A stretch of 64,000 nt of DNA from Candidatus Saccharimonadia bacterium (GCA_035544015.1 DATKIP010000076.1:64299-128298); one strand, 5' to 3'. Positions 28,431 to 38,128 are shown, counted from the first letter of the stretch. The notes: generated by a model from the letters alone, not told the origin. Numbers and translations: made by a program.

Positions 28431-30194
28431 ATGCGATTGCATCACCCCCGTCGCCCCGGCCGCCGGCCTGGGCCCGTCGCAACGGCCCTTGCGGCCACCG
28501 CGGCTCTCGTCGCGGCCACCGCCCTCGCGCTCGCCGCCGCTCCGGCCACTTCCGCCGGTGCGGCCGCCGCGCAGCCGGCGCTGGCATTCGTGGCTTACCC
28601 TCCGAGCAGCGACCATTCGGCCGCACCCCAGGCGTTTCTGCTGCCCTCGGGTAGCACCACGCCGGTGCAACTCACGAGCGACCCCAGTCAACGGGTCGAG
28701 GGCGTCAGCCTCGCCCGCGACGGCTCATTCGCGGTAGTCGATCTTGTCAGCCCCACGAGCAACCCCCTGGGCGACCTCTATCGCGTCGACGTCGCCACCA
28801 AGAGCCTCACGCGGCTTACCGACCGCCTCGGGCTCGAATCCAACCCCGAGATCGGCCCAGACCAGCGAACCGTCACGTTCCACGAGTCCCAGACCACCAC
28901 GCCGCCTGGTCCCGGCATCGACACGCTCGACCTCGTCACGAGATCCGTGACCCGCGTCAGTCCGCCGGACCTCGACGCCATCAGCGTCCCCGAGGGCGGC
29001 GCCAGTTGGTCCCACGACGGAACCCAGCTGGCCTACGCGGTCAATCTGCGCGCCGGACCCAATGCCGGCGGCTACGCGGCCATCGCGCTGAACCTGGCAA
29101 CCGGCATCTACACCCAGCATGCCGTCAGTACCAGAGCCCTGCAATCCTGCGCCTGGACGCCCGACGATGGGTACCTGTTCTGTGGCGGGATCGCGCCTGG
29201 GCTGCTCGTGATCAATACGCGCACCGAGGCGTTCGTTTCGCTCTCGCTCGACCAGTCGCTGACATACGCCGATCTTCGGTTCGCCAACGACTGGACGCTC
29301 TACGGCACCGTTTCTTCGCCGGGCGGCGAACCGCACATCCGCACCATGCAGGTCACGAACGCTGGAGCCGGGCAGATCACCCTGGGCTCGCCCGGCGGCG
29401 ACTTCTCGCCGAGTCTGGGTGACTCCGGCCCAGTGCAGCCGGCCCCCGCCGGCTTCGACGGGTCCACGCCGCCTACGAGCACACCACCCACAACAAAGCC
29501 TCCGGGCTACCGGTGCGGCACGGTGAAGTTCTTCGGCCTCCGGGGATCCGGGGAGAAGAATTTCGAAGGCGAGGGCATGGGCGCCACGGTCGACGACGTC
29601 AAGGTGCGCATGGCCCGGGCGATCCCCGGTCTGCGCTTCGAGGCGATCGGCTATCCGGCCGTTGCGATCGATCTGAACAACGTAGTTCTCACTACGGCCT
29701 ACGTAGAAAGCGAGTTCGACGGGAGGGAAGCGCTCCTAAAGGTGGTGCGCGATTTCATCGCGTTCTGCCCCACAACCTACGCCGTAATCGCCGGTTACAG
29801 TCAGGGGGCGCAGGCGGCTGGTGACGCATACGAGCTGCTATCCAATTCCGAGCGCAAGCACATCGCCGGCCTCATTCTGCTCGGCGATCCCGACTTCGAT
29901 CCGCGCGACTGGAGGATCGATCGCGGCGACTACAGCGACCGGCTGTCGGGCATCCTGGTGAAATTCGACCAGAATGCTCCGCGCACTATCCCTCGACGCT
30001 GGACGCCGAACGTTGAGAGCTATTGTACGGCCGGCGACCCGGTGTGCAACTACAGCAAGCGCAATGTCAGCATCTGCACGCCAATCACGGCTCGCCTGAC
30101 GTGTCCACACTTCCAGTACGTGAGGAGGAGTTGGACCGCCGATGCCGCTCGATGGGCAAGTAGCAATTGGAGGCACCTACCACCCCTGAGGTAA
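28431..30194 (+). CDS. Secreted fusion protein: N-terminal TolB-like beta-propeller repeats + C-terminal cutinase-like serine esterase
   Basis: Tat/Sec-like signal 'RRPGRRPG...ATSAGA'. The C-terminus carries the cutinase pentapeptide 'GYSQGA' and conserved Cys pairs. Confidence 0.55.
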   Translation: MRLHHPRRPGRRPGPVATALAATAALVAATALALAAAPATSAGAAAAQPALAFVAYPPSSDHSAAPQAFLLPSGSTTPVQLTSDPSQRVEGVSLARDGSFAVVDLVSPTSNPLGDLYRVDVATKSLTRLTDRLGLESNPEIGPDQRTVTFHESQTTTPPGPGIDTLDLVTRSVTRVSPPDLDAISVPEGGASWSHDGTQLAYAVNLRAGPNAGGYAAIALNLATGIYTQHAVSTRALQSCAWTPDDGYLFCGGIAPGLLVINTRTEAFVSLSLDQSLTYADLRFANDWTLYGTVSSPGGEPHIRTMQVTNAGAGQITLGSPGGDFSPSLGDSGPVQPAPAGFDGSTPPTSTPPTTKPPGYRCGTVKFFGLRGSGEKNFEGEGMGATVDDVKVRMARAIPGLRFEAIGYPAVAIDLNNVVLTTAYVESEFDGREALLKVVRDFIAFCPTTYAVIAGYSQGAQAAGDAYELLSNSERKHIAGLILLGDPDFDPRDWRIDRGDYSDRLSGILVKFDQNAPRTIPRRWTPNVESYCTAGDPVCNYSKRNVSICTPITARLTCPHFQYVRRSWTADAARWASSNWRHLPPLR

Positions 30195-30206
30195 CGGTCT
30201 CCCGCG

Positions 30207-30251
30207 TGCGGGGGGACGAGGCAGCCCGCCCCGTCCCCCCGCACTTTTTAC
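30207..30251 (+). terminator. Rho-independent terminator (GCGGGGGGACG-loop-CGTCCCCCCGC then ACTTTTTAC)
   Basis: An 11-bp GC stem and a T-run immediately after the cutinase-fusion stop. Confidence 0.6.
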
Positions 30252-30266
30252 TTCAATAAAAATGAT

Positions 30267-30530
30267 ATGCTAAAACACATGCACTACTTACCCTATAGCA
30301 GGCCGCTATCACTAATCGTCGGCTTCATTGGCGCCATAACCTTCATCTTCGGACTCTACTATAACGCCTCGAATTTTTTAAACTTTGATGCCTCCCCCTC
30401 TCTTGCAAGCCTTCTGTTGGCCGGTTATGCGCTGCTCGCCATCGCACCCCTATTCGTTAGGGCATACAAAATTACCATTACCTTGCTCACCCTCGCCGCC
30501 ATCACCGGAGTATGGTTGGCAATAGGATAA
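30267..30530 (+). CDS. Small membrane protein
   Basis: An 87-aa protein with three TM segments. An unannotated ~45-aa paralogous ORF follows at ~30583-30720. Confidence 0.3.
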   Translation: MLKHMHYLPYSRPLSLIVGFIGAITFIFGLYYNASNFLNFDASPSLASLLLAGYALLAIAPLFVRAYKITITLLTLAAITGVWLAIG

Positions 30531-30732
30531 TAGGCGATTAGTGAAAACCCTAGGCTTTACGCCTGTCCCCCACAAACTTCGATGGCCGGCCGCATCGTCA
30601 TGTTGGCGGGATATGGGCTACTACTCACCATTTCCGCCATCTTTACGAAATGGAAGATCAGCCTAATACTGCTCGCATTGAGTGTTATAGGATTTGGATT
30701 TATTCTCTTAATGCCGTAAGTTCGGTAGCGTC

Positions 30733-31146
30733 CTAAGCCCCAGCCGGCCCCGCTGCACTCACCCCGCCCTTGGCCAGCAGCGTCTTCACGCGCTCGGCGA
30801 CCTGCTTGGGGGTCATTTCGGCCTTCACGATGTAGTCGTCGGCCGCCATTTTGTATACTCGCGTGGCCGTCTCGGTGTCGCCCATGTTGGTAAGCACCAC
30901 CACTTTGGCGTTGCGGCCGTTGGGTTGGCTGCGCAGCTTGGAGAGCATGTCGAGGCCGTTCATGTTTGGCATCATCAGGTCCAGCAGCACGATATCAGGC
31001 TCAAATGAATCGATCAGCTCCAGCCCGCTCGCGCCGTCCGGCGCCGTGGCTACATCGTAGCCTTCAGTCTCAAATTTGGTCCGATACATCTGCACAATCG
31101 CCATGTCATCTTCGATGATGGCGACTTTGACTTTTGTAGTACTCAT
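30733..31146 (-). CDS. Orphan stand-alone receiver-domain response regulator
   Basis: Contains 'VAIIEDDMAIVQMY' and 'IVLLDLMMP'. The C-terminal 'DDYIVKAEMTPKQVAERVK' tail is shared with the three other REC proteins. Confidence 0.7.
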   Translation of the reverse strand: MSTTKVKVAIIEDDMAIVQMYRTKFETEGYDVATAPDGASGLELIDSFEPDIVLLDLMMPNMNGLDMLSKLRSQPNGRNAKVVVLTNMGDTETATRVYKMAADDYIVKAEMTPKQVAERVKTLLAKGGVSAAGPAGA

Positions 31147-31198
31147 GGCCTTAGTGTACCGCGTGGGTTATCCGGAACGCAATCCCCGCACAATCCCT

Positions 31199-31591
31199 CT
31201 AGGAAGCCAAAAGCAATTCCGCGAAGTCCTTGGCAGGCTCGTGGACGCAGGTGCAGGCCAAAATCTGATCGCGCGTCAGCCACTGCGCATCATAGCGCTC
31301 CTCTAGCTCGTATTTCGACAGCGCGTCCTCGTCGGCCTCCAAAATCAGCGCCGTCACGCCGGCACCGGTCTCATCGTAGTCGGCCACGTAGCGCGCTTCG
31401 AGCCCTGTATCGCGTAGCACGTACTGAGCGATCACCTCATGCGGCACGTCGTCGTCACTCAGCGGTCCGTTGCTAGGCTGCCATAGCCCCGGCTTCTCGC
31501 GGTAGCACAACAACAGTTTGGTGCGATCCTCATTTACTACGTAACCGGTCACGAGTTTGGTTTGCTTCCTTCGTTGTCCAAATATTCTCAC
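31199..31591 (-). CDS. Hypothetical protein
   Basis: A 130-aa ORF with no clear motif. Confidence 0.3.
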   Translation of the reverse strand: MRIFGQRRKQTKLVTGYVVNEDRTKLLLCYREKPGLWQPSNGPLSDDDVPHEVIAQYVLRDTGLEARYVADYDETGAGVTALILEADEDALSKYELEERYDAQWLTRDQILACTCVHEPAKDFAELLLAS

Positions 31592-31731
31592 GTCGCATCA
31601 TCGAACATCCCAGTGGTTGGCTACGATGTATACATCCATTAATACCGTAACTATGCTCAAATGACGAACATTTCTACTGCATCATAGGGGATGGTGCTGC
31701 AGGGCGCAACACAAAAAATAAGAATGGCTTG

Positions 31732-32988
31732 CTAGAGCAAATTCGGGGCTTCGAGTTGCGTAATAGCCAGCAAATATTCCTTGTCGGGAGTTTGACTCAA
31801 GTGCAGTGGGTAGAAATTATTGCGCAACAATTGCCCCGACGCTTCCACCAGCGTCTGCTGCCAAAAGTACCATACCAAAATCGAGTCACCCTTCTCGAAC
31901 CGCACCGTCCGCACGCCGCCATCGAGCCTAAACTCCACCCGCAGCGAGAGCTTGAGGTGTACGCGCGTATAGCGCGCATGTTTTTCGGCGTTAAAGCCCA
32001 CCTCCACGCTGTAGAACGAGTCGTCGATATTGAGCAGGTCAAACACAAACCGGTGAATCGGCGCCAGGGTGGCGTTGCTCGGCGAAGTACTAAAGTCGAA
32101 ATGATGCCGGGTGTGGGTGGAATCGAGCTTGCAGGTGAGCATCAGAATATCGCGCTTGCCCATGCTGTTGGCAATCACGGCCAGCGCGTCATCGGGCGAT
32201 CGCAGATTGCCTAACGTTCCGCCCAGAAACAGCACCAGGTTGACCGTTGAATCTGGCTCAGGGCGGAGGTACTCATCGGCCAGCAACCGGCCAAAGCGTT
32301 CGTGGGTAATATCGAGCTTGTGTCCCTCGAAGGGCACCCGGCCGCCAAACCAGTTGCGGATATTCGCCCCGGCAATCTCCAGCATCTCCGGGCTAATATC
32401 GAGGCCAATGTAGCGCCCCAGCGTGCCGCGGTCGAGCAGATGCTGCAAAAGCTCGCGGACGGGAAGAGCATTCCCTAGGCCAATATCCACCACATTGACG
32501 CGCCGGTAGCCAGCCAGCAGCGTTTCGAGATACTCAAAATTTGTCCTCAGCAGCAGCTGGGTGCGGTTTACAATGTTGGGCGAATCGTTCTCCGATAAGT
32601 GGCTCGAGTACTCGTCCCAGTAGTGTGCCCCGTCGCCAAAATAATTGTAGGCGCGGGGAATCTCTCGGCGCACATCGAGGCCCGAAATAATGTCCTGAAT
32701 TTCGTCTGGACGGAACACTTCGTAAAATTGCGGACTGGGGCTCACGGTGCGGGTAGTACGGGCATTCCGATATTTTTTGCGCTCAGCCGCCAGTTTATTG
32801 AGGGCGCTGATATTGCGCGCCGAGTTTGCGATGTAGGCGCGGCCATTGGCGGTTACCAACTCCAGGTCCAACTTATCGCTCTGAGCAGCCTTAATCCAGT
32901 TGAGCACGGTATTGAGTGCCACATGATACGTGGTCGTCAGCTCAGAGTTTTTGAAATATAACAAAACATTCTCTCCGTCAAGAGACAA
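31732..32988 (-). CDS. EgtD-like (Methyltransf_33 family) amino-acid N-methyltransferase with ~110-aa N-terminal extension
   Basis: Contains 'VVDIGLGNA' (cf. EgtD 'LVELGSGTS'), 'LVLFLGGTLGNL' (cf. 'LVVFLGSTIGNL') and 'YNYFGDGAHYWDEY' (cf. 'KWFYDAVGSDLFDQI'). Confidence 0.5.
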   Translation of the reverse strand: MSLDGENVLLYFKNSELTTTYHVALNTVLNWIKAAQSDKLDLELVTANGRAYIANSARNISALNKLAAERKKYRNARTTRTVSPSPQFYEVFRPDEIQDIISGLDVRREIPRAYNYFGDGAHYWDEYSSHLSENDSPNIVNRTQLLLRTNFEYLETLLAGYRRVNVVDIGLGNALPVRELLQHLLDRGTLGRYIGLDISPEMLEIAGANIRNWFGGRVPFEGHKLDITHERFGRLLADEYLRPEPDSTVNLVLFLGGTLGNLRSPDDALAVIANSMGKRDILMLTCKLDSTHTRHHFDFSTSPSNATLAPIHRFVFDLLNIDDSFYSVEVGFNAEKHARYTRVHLKLSLRVEFRLDGGVRTVRFEKGDSILVWYFWQQTLVEASGQLLRNNFYPLHLSQTPDKEYLLAITQLEAPNLL

Positions 32989-33020
32989 TATTACAAAATG
33001 ATGAATTTTTCAACCGCAAC

Positions 33021-33671
33021 CTATGCCACGGGCTGCTGGTAGATGCGATCCATAATTTCCTGCGCCGTCATCGCGCTGCCGTCAAACGGCTTGCCGACGC
33101 CGAGCTGGAACGTTCGCCACGGGCGGCCGCGCGTCCATTCGATGTGCACCGGAATGATCATCACGTTAGGCTCGTGTGCCAGGGCTTCCACGCCGTGGCG
33201 CGTAGGAGTCTCCCCGCGCCGCGTCCGTCGGCCTTCGGGAAAAATCAGCACCGATTTCCCGCGCCGCAGCAGATTCCGCGCGTAGTCCAGCCCATAGGGA
33301 TGCTTGACATGCGCCTTGGCCGGAAACGATCCCAGCCGCAGCATGGCCCCGCCGTAGAAAGGAATATCAATATAGACGTTGGCCGCGAAATAGTTCAAGG
33401 TACCCAGGTGGCGCCAAATGCGATAGGGTAATTGCGTACAAATAAAAAACGGATCCACCCGGCTCTGATGATTGCACGCCAGCACGTAGCGCGAACCATG
33501 CACCACATCCAGCTCTTGGAGTTCGCTGACGAATGATCGCCGCCACACAAACGAGAACATATGAAACAAAAACAAAATCACGCGCTGATTGAGGTAGATA
33601 ACTCTTTGCGCGTGGGCATGTTCGAGCCAGCTCTTCCGCTTTACAACCGTAACTGTCTGAAACGCATGCAT
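33021..33671 (-). CDS. Lysophospholipid/1-acyl-glycerol-3-phosphate acyltransferase family (PlsC-like)
   Basis: Carries the 'NHQSRVD' HX4D block I and 'FPEGRRTR' block III. Confidence 0.6.
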   Translation of the reverse strand: MHAFQTVTVVKRKSWLEHAHAQRVIYLNQRVILFLFHMFSFVWRRSFVSELQELDVVHGSRYVLACNHQSRVDPFFICTQLPYRIWRHLGTLNYFAANVYIDIPFYGGAMLRLGSFPAKAHVKHPYGLDYARNLLRRGKSVLIFPEGRRTRRGETPTRHGVEALAHEPNVMIIPVHIEWTRGRPWRTFQLGVGKPFDGSAMTAQEIMDRIYQQPVA

Positions 33672-33713
33672 AATGGCTTTACGACCCGATTATGGTAACA
33701 TTAACGCATTATT

Positions 33714-34451
33714 ATGTCAAGATCAAGAGCAACAATTCCAGTCAGTGAGATTCCCATGCCCGGTCATCTCGGCCAGCAGACCGAGGTCATCTATTTTGAG
33801 CATGACGGGATGCGGTTCACCGAGCTCACGTCGCCGCAGCAATTGCATGCGGCCTACGAGCTTCGCTACAGAATCTGCGTCGAGAAGCTGCATTGGGTGG
33901 AAGGGGACCCGGCTACCCGCACCGAATCGGACGAATTCGATGCTCATTCGTATCATTTCGGCTGCTATTCGGGCCAGGAGCTCGTAGGATACCTGCGCCT
34001 TACCAAGGAAACCGCCCCACCCGGCACGATGACGCGCACTTATTTTCCCGAGTTGTGGCATCGTGATCCTCACTATCCCAAAGCCCGTACCGCCGACATC
34101 ACGCGATTACTTCTCGACCGACCGCGTTTGCCAAACCCCAAGTCGATGCTTCCGGCGCTCCGGGGCCTGTATCGCCTGGCGTACGGTAGATCACAGTTGT
34201 GCCGCCCCACCATCCAATATTGGTACTTCATCACCACGCCCAAGCTGCTCGGCGGACTGCGCTGGCGCCTCGGTTTGCCGGTAAAAAAAATCGGCCAAGG
34301 TATAACCTCCGACGGAAAAATGACCTACGTCGCGGGCCTAAGCCTCCGGCGGGGCGGGCTGCAGCTACTGCTACTAGCCCCGTGGCGGCTCAACTACTTT
34401 CGCTCGGTAGCCCGGCATACCCACCCTCTGCCTGGGCCGAGCCGGCACTGA
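33714..34451 (+). CDS. GNAT-fold N-acyltransferase, autoinducer-synthase-like (LuxI/FeeM N-acyl amino acid synthase-like)
   Basis: The 'YELRYRICVEKLHWVEGD...DEFDAHSYHFGCYSGQELVGYLRLT' pattern resembles the exosortase-associated/FeeM-type acyl synthases. Confidence 0.45.
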   Translation: MSRSRATIPVSEIPMPGHLGQQTEVIYFEHDGMRFTELTSPQQLHAAYELRYRICVEKLHWVEGDPATRTESDEFDAHSYHFGCYSGQELVGYLRLTKETAPPGTMTRTYFPELWHRDPHYPKARTADITRLLLDRPRLPNPKSMLPALRGLYRLAYGRSQLCRPTIQYWYFITTPKLLGGLRWRLGLPVKKIGQGITSDGKMTYVAGLSLRRGGLQLLLLAPWRLNYFRSVARHTHPLPGPSRH

Positions 34452-34487
34452 TTGGTAATGTAAACGTAAGAATTATAAACTGAGGCT

Positions 34488-36650
34488 ATGATCGATCTGC
34501 CGAGCCTCCTGTTGTTTGTCGCCTCAATCATCAATATCCTGATTGGGCTGAGTATTTTTTTCCGCAATCCCCGGAGCAAATTATTTATTTACTACCTGGG
34601 TCTGGCCGTGGCGCTGGCTATCTGGACATCTACCAACGGTCTGTTTCGGATACTGCCGGCCGAGTCGCTCCTCCCCATCGCGCTCATGAGCTATTTTGGC
34701 GCCATCCTGGTCGGCATGTTTTTTGCGCTCTTCAATGCCGAATTCACCGGCATTCGGCTGCTGCCAAACTGGGCAGTGCTAGCCGCCGGATGCCTCGTGG
34801 CGGTGGGCTCTCTCATACCCGGCGTGTACGCCACGGGCGTAACCGCCAGCCGGTCAATCGTGACCACCGACGGTATCCTCGTGTTTGCCGCCGTCCTGGC
34901 CGTATTGCTCCTGGGTGGGTTGACCGAACTCCTCCGCTATATCTGGCGCGCCCGCGGGCTGGCCCGCCGCCAGGCGCAAATCATGGCCCTGGGCATGGGT
35001 ATCGCCATGGCGATGGGGCTCACCTTCAATTTGGTGCTCCCCCTTTTCCACATCTACGGCTACGTCTACCTGGGGCCCGAATTTACCATGGTGTATCTGG
35101 GAGCGCTCGGTTACGCCATTATTCGCACCCGCCTGTTTGATCTGCGGCTGGTGTTTGCTCGGTCGGCTACGTACTTTTTATTGCTCCTAAGTCTCGGTGC
35201 AGTGTACAGCACGCTCGTTTTCGGCGCGTCAAAAATTGTATTTGTAGATTCCGCTTCCAGCGCCAACGCGAGCTGGCTCTACACGCTGTTTGCCCTTTTG
35301 ACATCCTTTAGCTTTCAGCCGCTCCGCCGCTTTTTCGAAAGAGCCACCAATAATGTGTTTTATCGATACCATTACGACTCCCAAGAGGTCATCAACGACT
35401 TCTCCAAGATCCTAGTGTCGGAGCTCGATCTCGACCGCATCCTCAAGCGTTCGCTCACCGAGCTGTGCGAGAGCCTGCACATTCAATTTGGCCAGCTCAT
35501 TATCTACAACGACGAGCGCGTCTACCGCGTGGAACACTACGGCCAGCTGCCCCGGCGCCTCATGGTGGCGCCGGAGCTGGCGCGGCTAGACAAACCCATG
35601 CTGGTGGCCGACGAGCTGTCCGGCGGCGAGCGCAAGCAGCTCATGGAAAATCACGGCATTCGCCTGTCGATGACGCTGCGCACCCGCGAGCAATTTGTGG
35701 GCCACCTGCTGCTGGGCGACAAGCTGTCCGGCGACATCTATTCCACGCAAGACATCGACCTGCTCGAAATCGTGGGCAAAGAGCTGGCCGTAGCCATTCT
35801 CAACGCCAAGGCCTACGCCCAAATCCAAGAATTCAACCTCACGCTCCAGGCCCGTGTGGAGCACGCCACCAACCGGCTGCGTGTAGCCAACCGCCACCTC
35901 AAGGAGCTCGACCGCGCCAAAGACGAATTCATTTCCATGGCCTCGCACCAGCTGCGCACCCCGCTCACCACCATCAAGGGCTACCTCTCGATGATGCAAG
36001 AAGGCGACGCCGGCAAACTCACCAAGGCCCAGCAAGAATTCGTCGGCTACGCGTTTAGCTCGTCGGAGCGCATGGTCAATCTGATCTCCGACCTCCTCAA
36101 CGTGTCGCGGCTGTCGGCCGGGCGGTTCCTCATTCAAACCAAGCCTACGGACATGGTGCAAATGATCCGCGATGAGGTGCGGCAATTGAACAATCACGCC
36201 ACCACCAAAGGCATCAAGCTTATCTTCGAACCTCCGCCCGAGCCACTGCCCCCGGCCGAGATCGACGACAACAAAACCCGCCAGGTGGTCATGAATTTCA
36301 TCGATAACGCCATCTATTACACCAGCCAGGGCGAGGTCCGCGTGATGCTCGAGCAATCCGGCGACCGGGTGCGGCTGGAGGTGCGCGACACCGGCATCGG
36401 CGTGCCCGAGGCTGCCAAGAAAAAACTGTTCAGCAAATTCTTCCGCGCCGACAACGCCCAAATCGTTCGTCCCGACGGCACTGGCCTGGGTTTGTATTTG
36501 GCAAAACGCGTAGTCGAAGATCAGGGTGGTACAATAATATTCAATAGCGTCGAGGGCAGAGGCTCGACCTTCGGATTCGAGCTCCCCTTTAAACCCGTAA
36601 CACCCATTCGAGAGGTTGCCCACCATGGCCGACACCACCACCCCAAATAA
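34488..36650 (+). CDS. Sensor histidine kinase with N-terminal 7TM domain (paralog of 13702..15870)
   Basis: Same architecture as the first kinase: 7TM, GAF-like linker, 'SMASHQLRTPL', 'NFIDNAIYYT', 'DTGIGV', 'GTGLGL'. Confidence 0.8.
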   Translation: MIDLPSLLLFVASIINILIGLSIFFRNPRSKLFIYYLGLAVALAIWTSTNGLFRILPAESLLPIALMSYFGAILVGMFFALFNAEFTGIRLLPNWAVLAAGCLVAVGSLIPGVYATGVTASRSIVTTDGILVFAAVLAVLLLGGLTELLRYIWRARGLARRQAQIMALGMGIAMAMGLTFNLVLPLFHIYGYVYLGPEFTMVYLGALGYAIIRTRLFDLRLVFARSATYFLLLLSLGAVYSTLVFGASKIVFVDSASSANASWLYTLFALLTSFSFQPLRRFFERATNNVFYRYHYDSQEVINDFSKILVSELDLDRILKRSLTELCESLHIQFGQLIIYNDERVYRVEHYGQLPRRLMVAPELARLDKPMLVADELSGGERKQLMENHGIRLSMTLRTREQFVGHLLLGDKLSGDIYSTQDIDLLEIVGKELAVAILNAKAYAQIQEFNLTLQARVEHATNRLRVANRHLKELDRAKDEFISMASHQLRTPLTTIKGYLSMMQEGDAGKLTKAQQEFVGYAFSSSERMVNLISDLLNVSRLSAGRFLIQTKPTDMVQMIRDEVRQLNNHATTKGIKLIFEPPPEPLPPAEIDDNKTRQVVMNFIDNAIYYTSQGEVRVMLEQSGDRVRLEVRDTGIGVPEAAKKKLFSKFFRADNAQIVRPDGTGLGLYLAKRVVEDQGGTIIFNSVEGRGSTFGFELPFKPVTPIREVAHHGRHHHPK

Positions 36651-37050
36651 TGCCGCCGATCAAAAAACTATCCTCATCGCCGAGGACGATCCGTTTATTT
36701 CGCGCATGTACCAGATCAAACTCGAGGGCGCCGGCTACCGCGTAGTCGTCAAAAACAACGGCCGCGACGCCTTCGAGGCCGTCAAAACCGAGCATCCCAA
36801 CCTGGCTGTGCTCGACATTAACATGCCAGAGCTCTCGGGCCTCGAAGTGCTCTCGGCGCTCCAAAATGACAACTTCGATTTTGCCGCCATGCCCGTGATT
36901 GTGCTTACCAACTCGTCCGAGATCACCGACCGCAACACGGCCCACGCCTACGGCGCCGAATATCTGGTGAAGGCCGAGCTCACGCCGCGCGAAGTGCTCG
37001 ACATCATTGGCGCCAAGCTCGGCACCGCTCCGGCCAAAGCCGCCGACTAG
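36616..37050 (+). CDS. Stand-alone receiver-domain response regulator
   Basis: Contains 'ILIAEDDPFISRMY' and 'LAVLDINMP'. Its C-terminal 'AEYLVKAELTPREVLDIIGAK' tail matches the others. It overlaps the kinase 3' end. Confidence 0.7.
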   Translation: MPTMADTTTPNNAADQKTILIAEDDPFISRMYQIKLEGAGYRVVVKNNGRDAFEAVKTEHPNLAVLDINMPELSGLEVLSALQNDNFDFAAMPVIVLTNSSEITDRNTAHAYGAEYLVKAELTPREVLDIIGAKLGTAPAKAAD

Positions 37051-37067
37051 GACACGCCGCTCGCTCG

Positions 37068-38105
37068 CTAAGGCAGCACGAGCGCGTCACGCTCGCGGCG
37101 CAGCGTAAAATTGGAGCCCGGCGGCTGCATTAAGCCGGCTTGGGTCGTGACCGCCGTGAGGTACCCGGCCGCCCGCGCTATCTGGATGCTCGTGTCGTTA
37201 TAGGTGCCGTAGGGATAGGCGAAATGCTTCACCGCGTGGCCGAGCTGGGCCTCGAGCTGCTGCTTGCCATCCGCGATCTCGAGCTGCTGCTCGGCCGCCG
37301 GTAACGCTGCCAGGTTGCGGTGGTTGACGGTGTGGCCGCCGATGGTGATGAGGCCGCCCCGGTCGAGCTCGCGAATCTGATCCCACGTCAAATACGCGTC
37401 GCCACAGCCACCCCGCGGCTGGAGCGCGTCGCCGTAGCGCCGGCCGGCACCAATGCACCACTTGCTCTGCGCTCCGCCGGTGATGATGTAGAACGTTGCC
37501 TTCATGTGGTGGCGTTTCAGGGTATCAACCGCCGCGGTTTGGGCCGCAAAGCCGTCGTCGAAGGTAATCACCACCGGCTTGGGCGGCAGGGCTTCGCCGC
37601 GTAGCCCGGCCAACGCCTGGTCCAGGTCGATCACGGTGTAGCCGTACTGTTCCAGGTGCTCCAGCTGCTGCTCAAAATTGGCCGGGGGATAGTGATACAA
37701 CAAAATCGGCAACCCCACACCGGCCGCCGGCATCGCTCCGCCGGCCGTCGCCGTCCCACTGCCCTTGCCGCTGAGCTCAAAATTCCAGTTGGCCAGCGAT
37801 TGCTGCAGGCCGCGAATATCCGTCGCGGCCATCGCGAAGTGCCCGCTCTCGGCGTCGAGCTGGATCACCGACAGCTGACGGCTAAGCTCGTCTTCGGATA
37901 CCACCTGGGAATGAAGGTCGCGCTGCAGCCCCTCGAATTGGTGTACCGACTGTACCACCCGGCCATAAGCCATGCGCAGATCGGCCGGGTAGCTGGTGCT
38001 GCTAGCCAGGCTCACCGAGGCGTGCGGCCAGGTGGCCACCACTACCACCGCGCTGGCGAGCAATGCTCCTGCCACCCCTGCAAACCGTAACCAACGCAAT
38101 ATCAT
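37068..38105 (-). CDS. Polysaccharide deacetylase (NodB-homology domain) with N-terminal signal/TM anchor
   Basis: Contains 'VVITFDDGFAAQ' and 'GGHTVNHRNL' NodB motifs. Confidence 0.65.
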   Translation of the reverse strand: MILRWLRFAGVAGALLASAVVVVATWPHASVSLASSTSYPADLRMAYGRVVQSVHQFEGLQRDLHSQVVSEDELSRQLSVIQLDAESGHFAMAATDIRGLQQSLANWNFELSGKGSGTATAGGAMPAAGVGLPILLYHYPPANFEQQLEHLEQYGYTVIDLDQALAGLRGEALPPKPVVITFDDGFAAQTAAVDTLKRHHMKATFYIITGGAQSKWCIGAGRRYGDALQPRGGCGDAYLTWDQIRELDRGGLITIGGHTVNHRNLAALPAAEQQLEIADGKQQLEAQLGHAVKHFAYPYGTYNDTSIQIARAAGYLTAVTTQAGLMQPPGSNFTLRRERDALVLP

Positions 38106-38128
38106 CCATTTCAGTATATGATTCCCGT

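Noticed and set aside
35586-36641. 351-aa minus-strand ORF inside the second histidine kinase
   Set aside because: Antisense shadow. The sense frame has complete H/N/G boxes.
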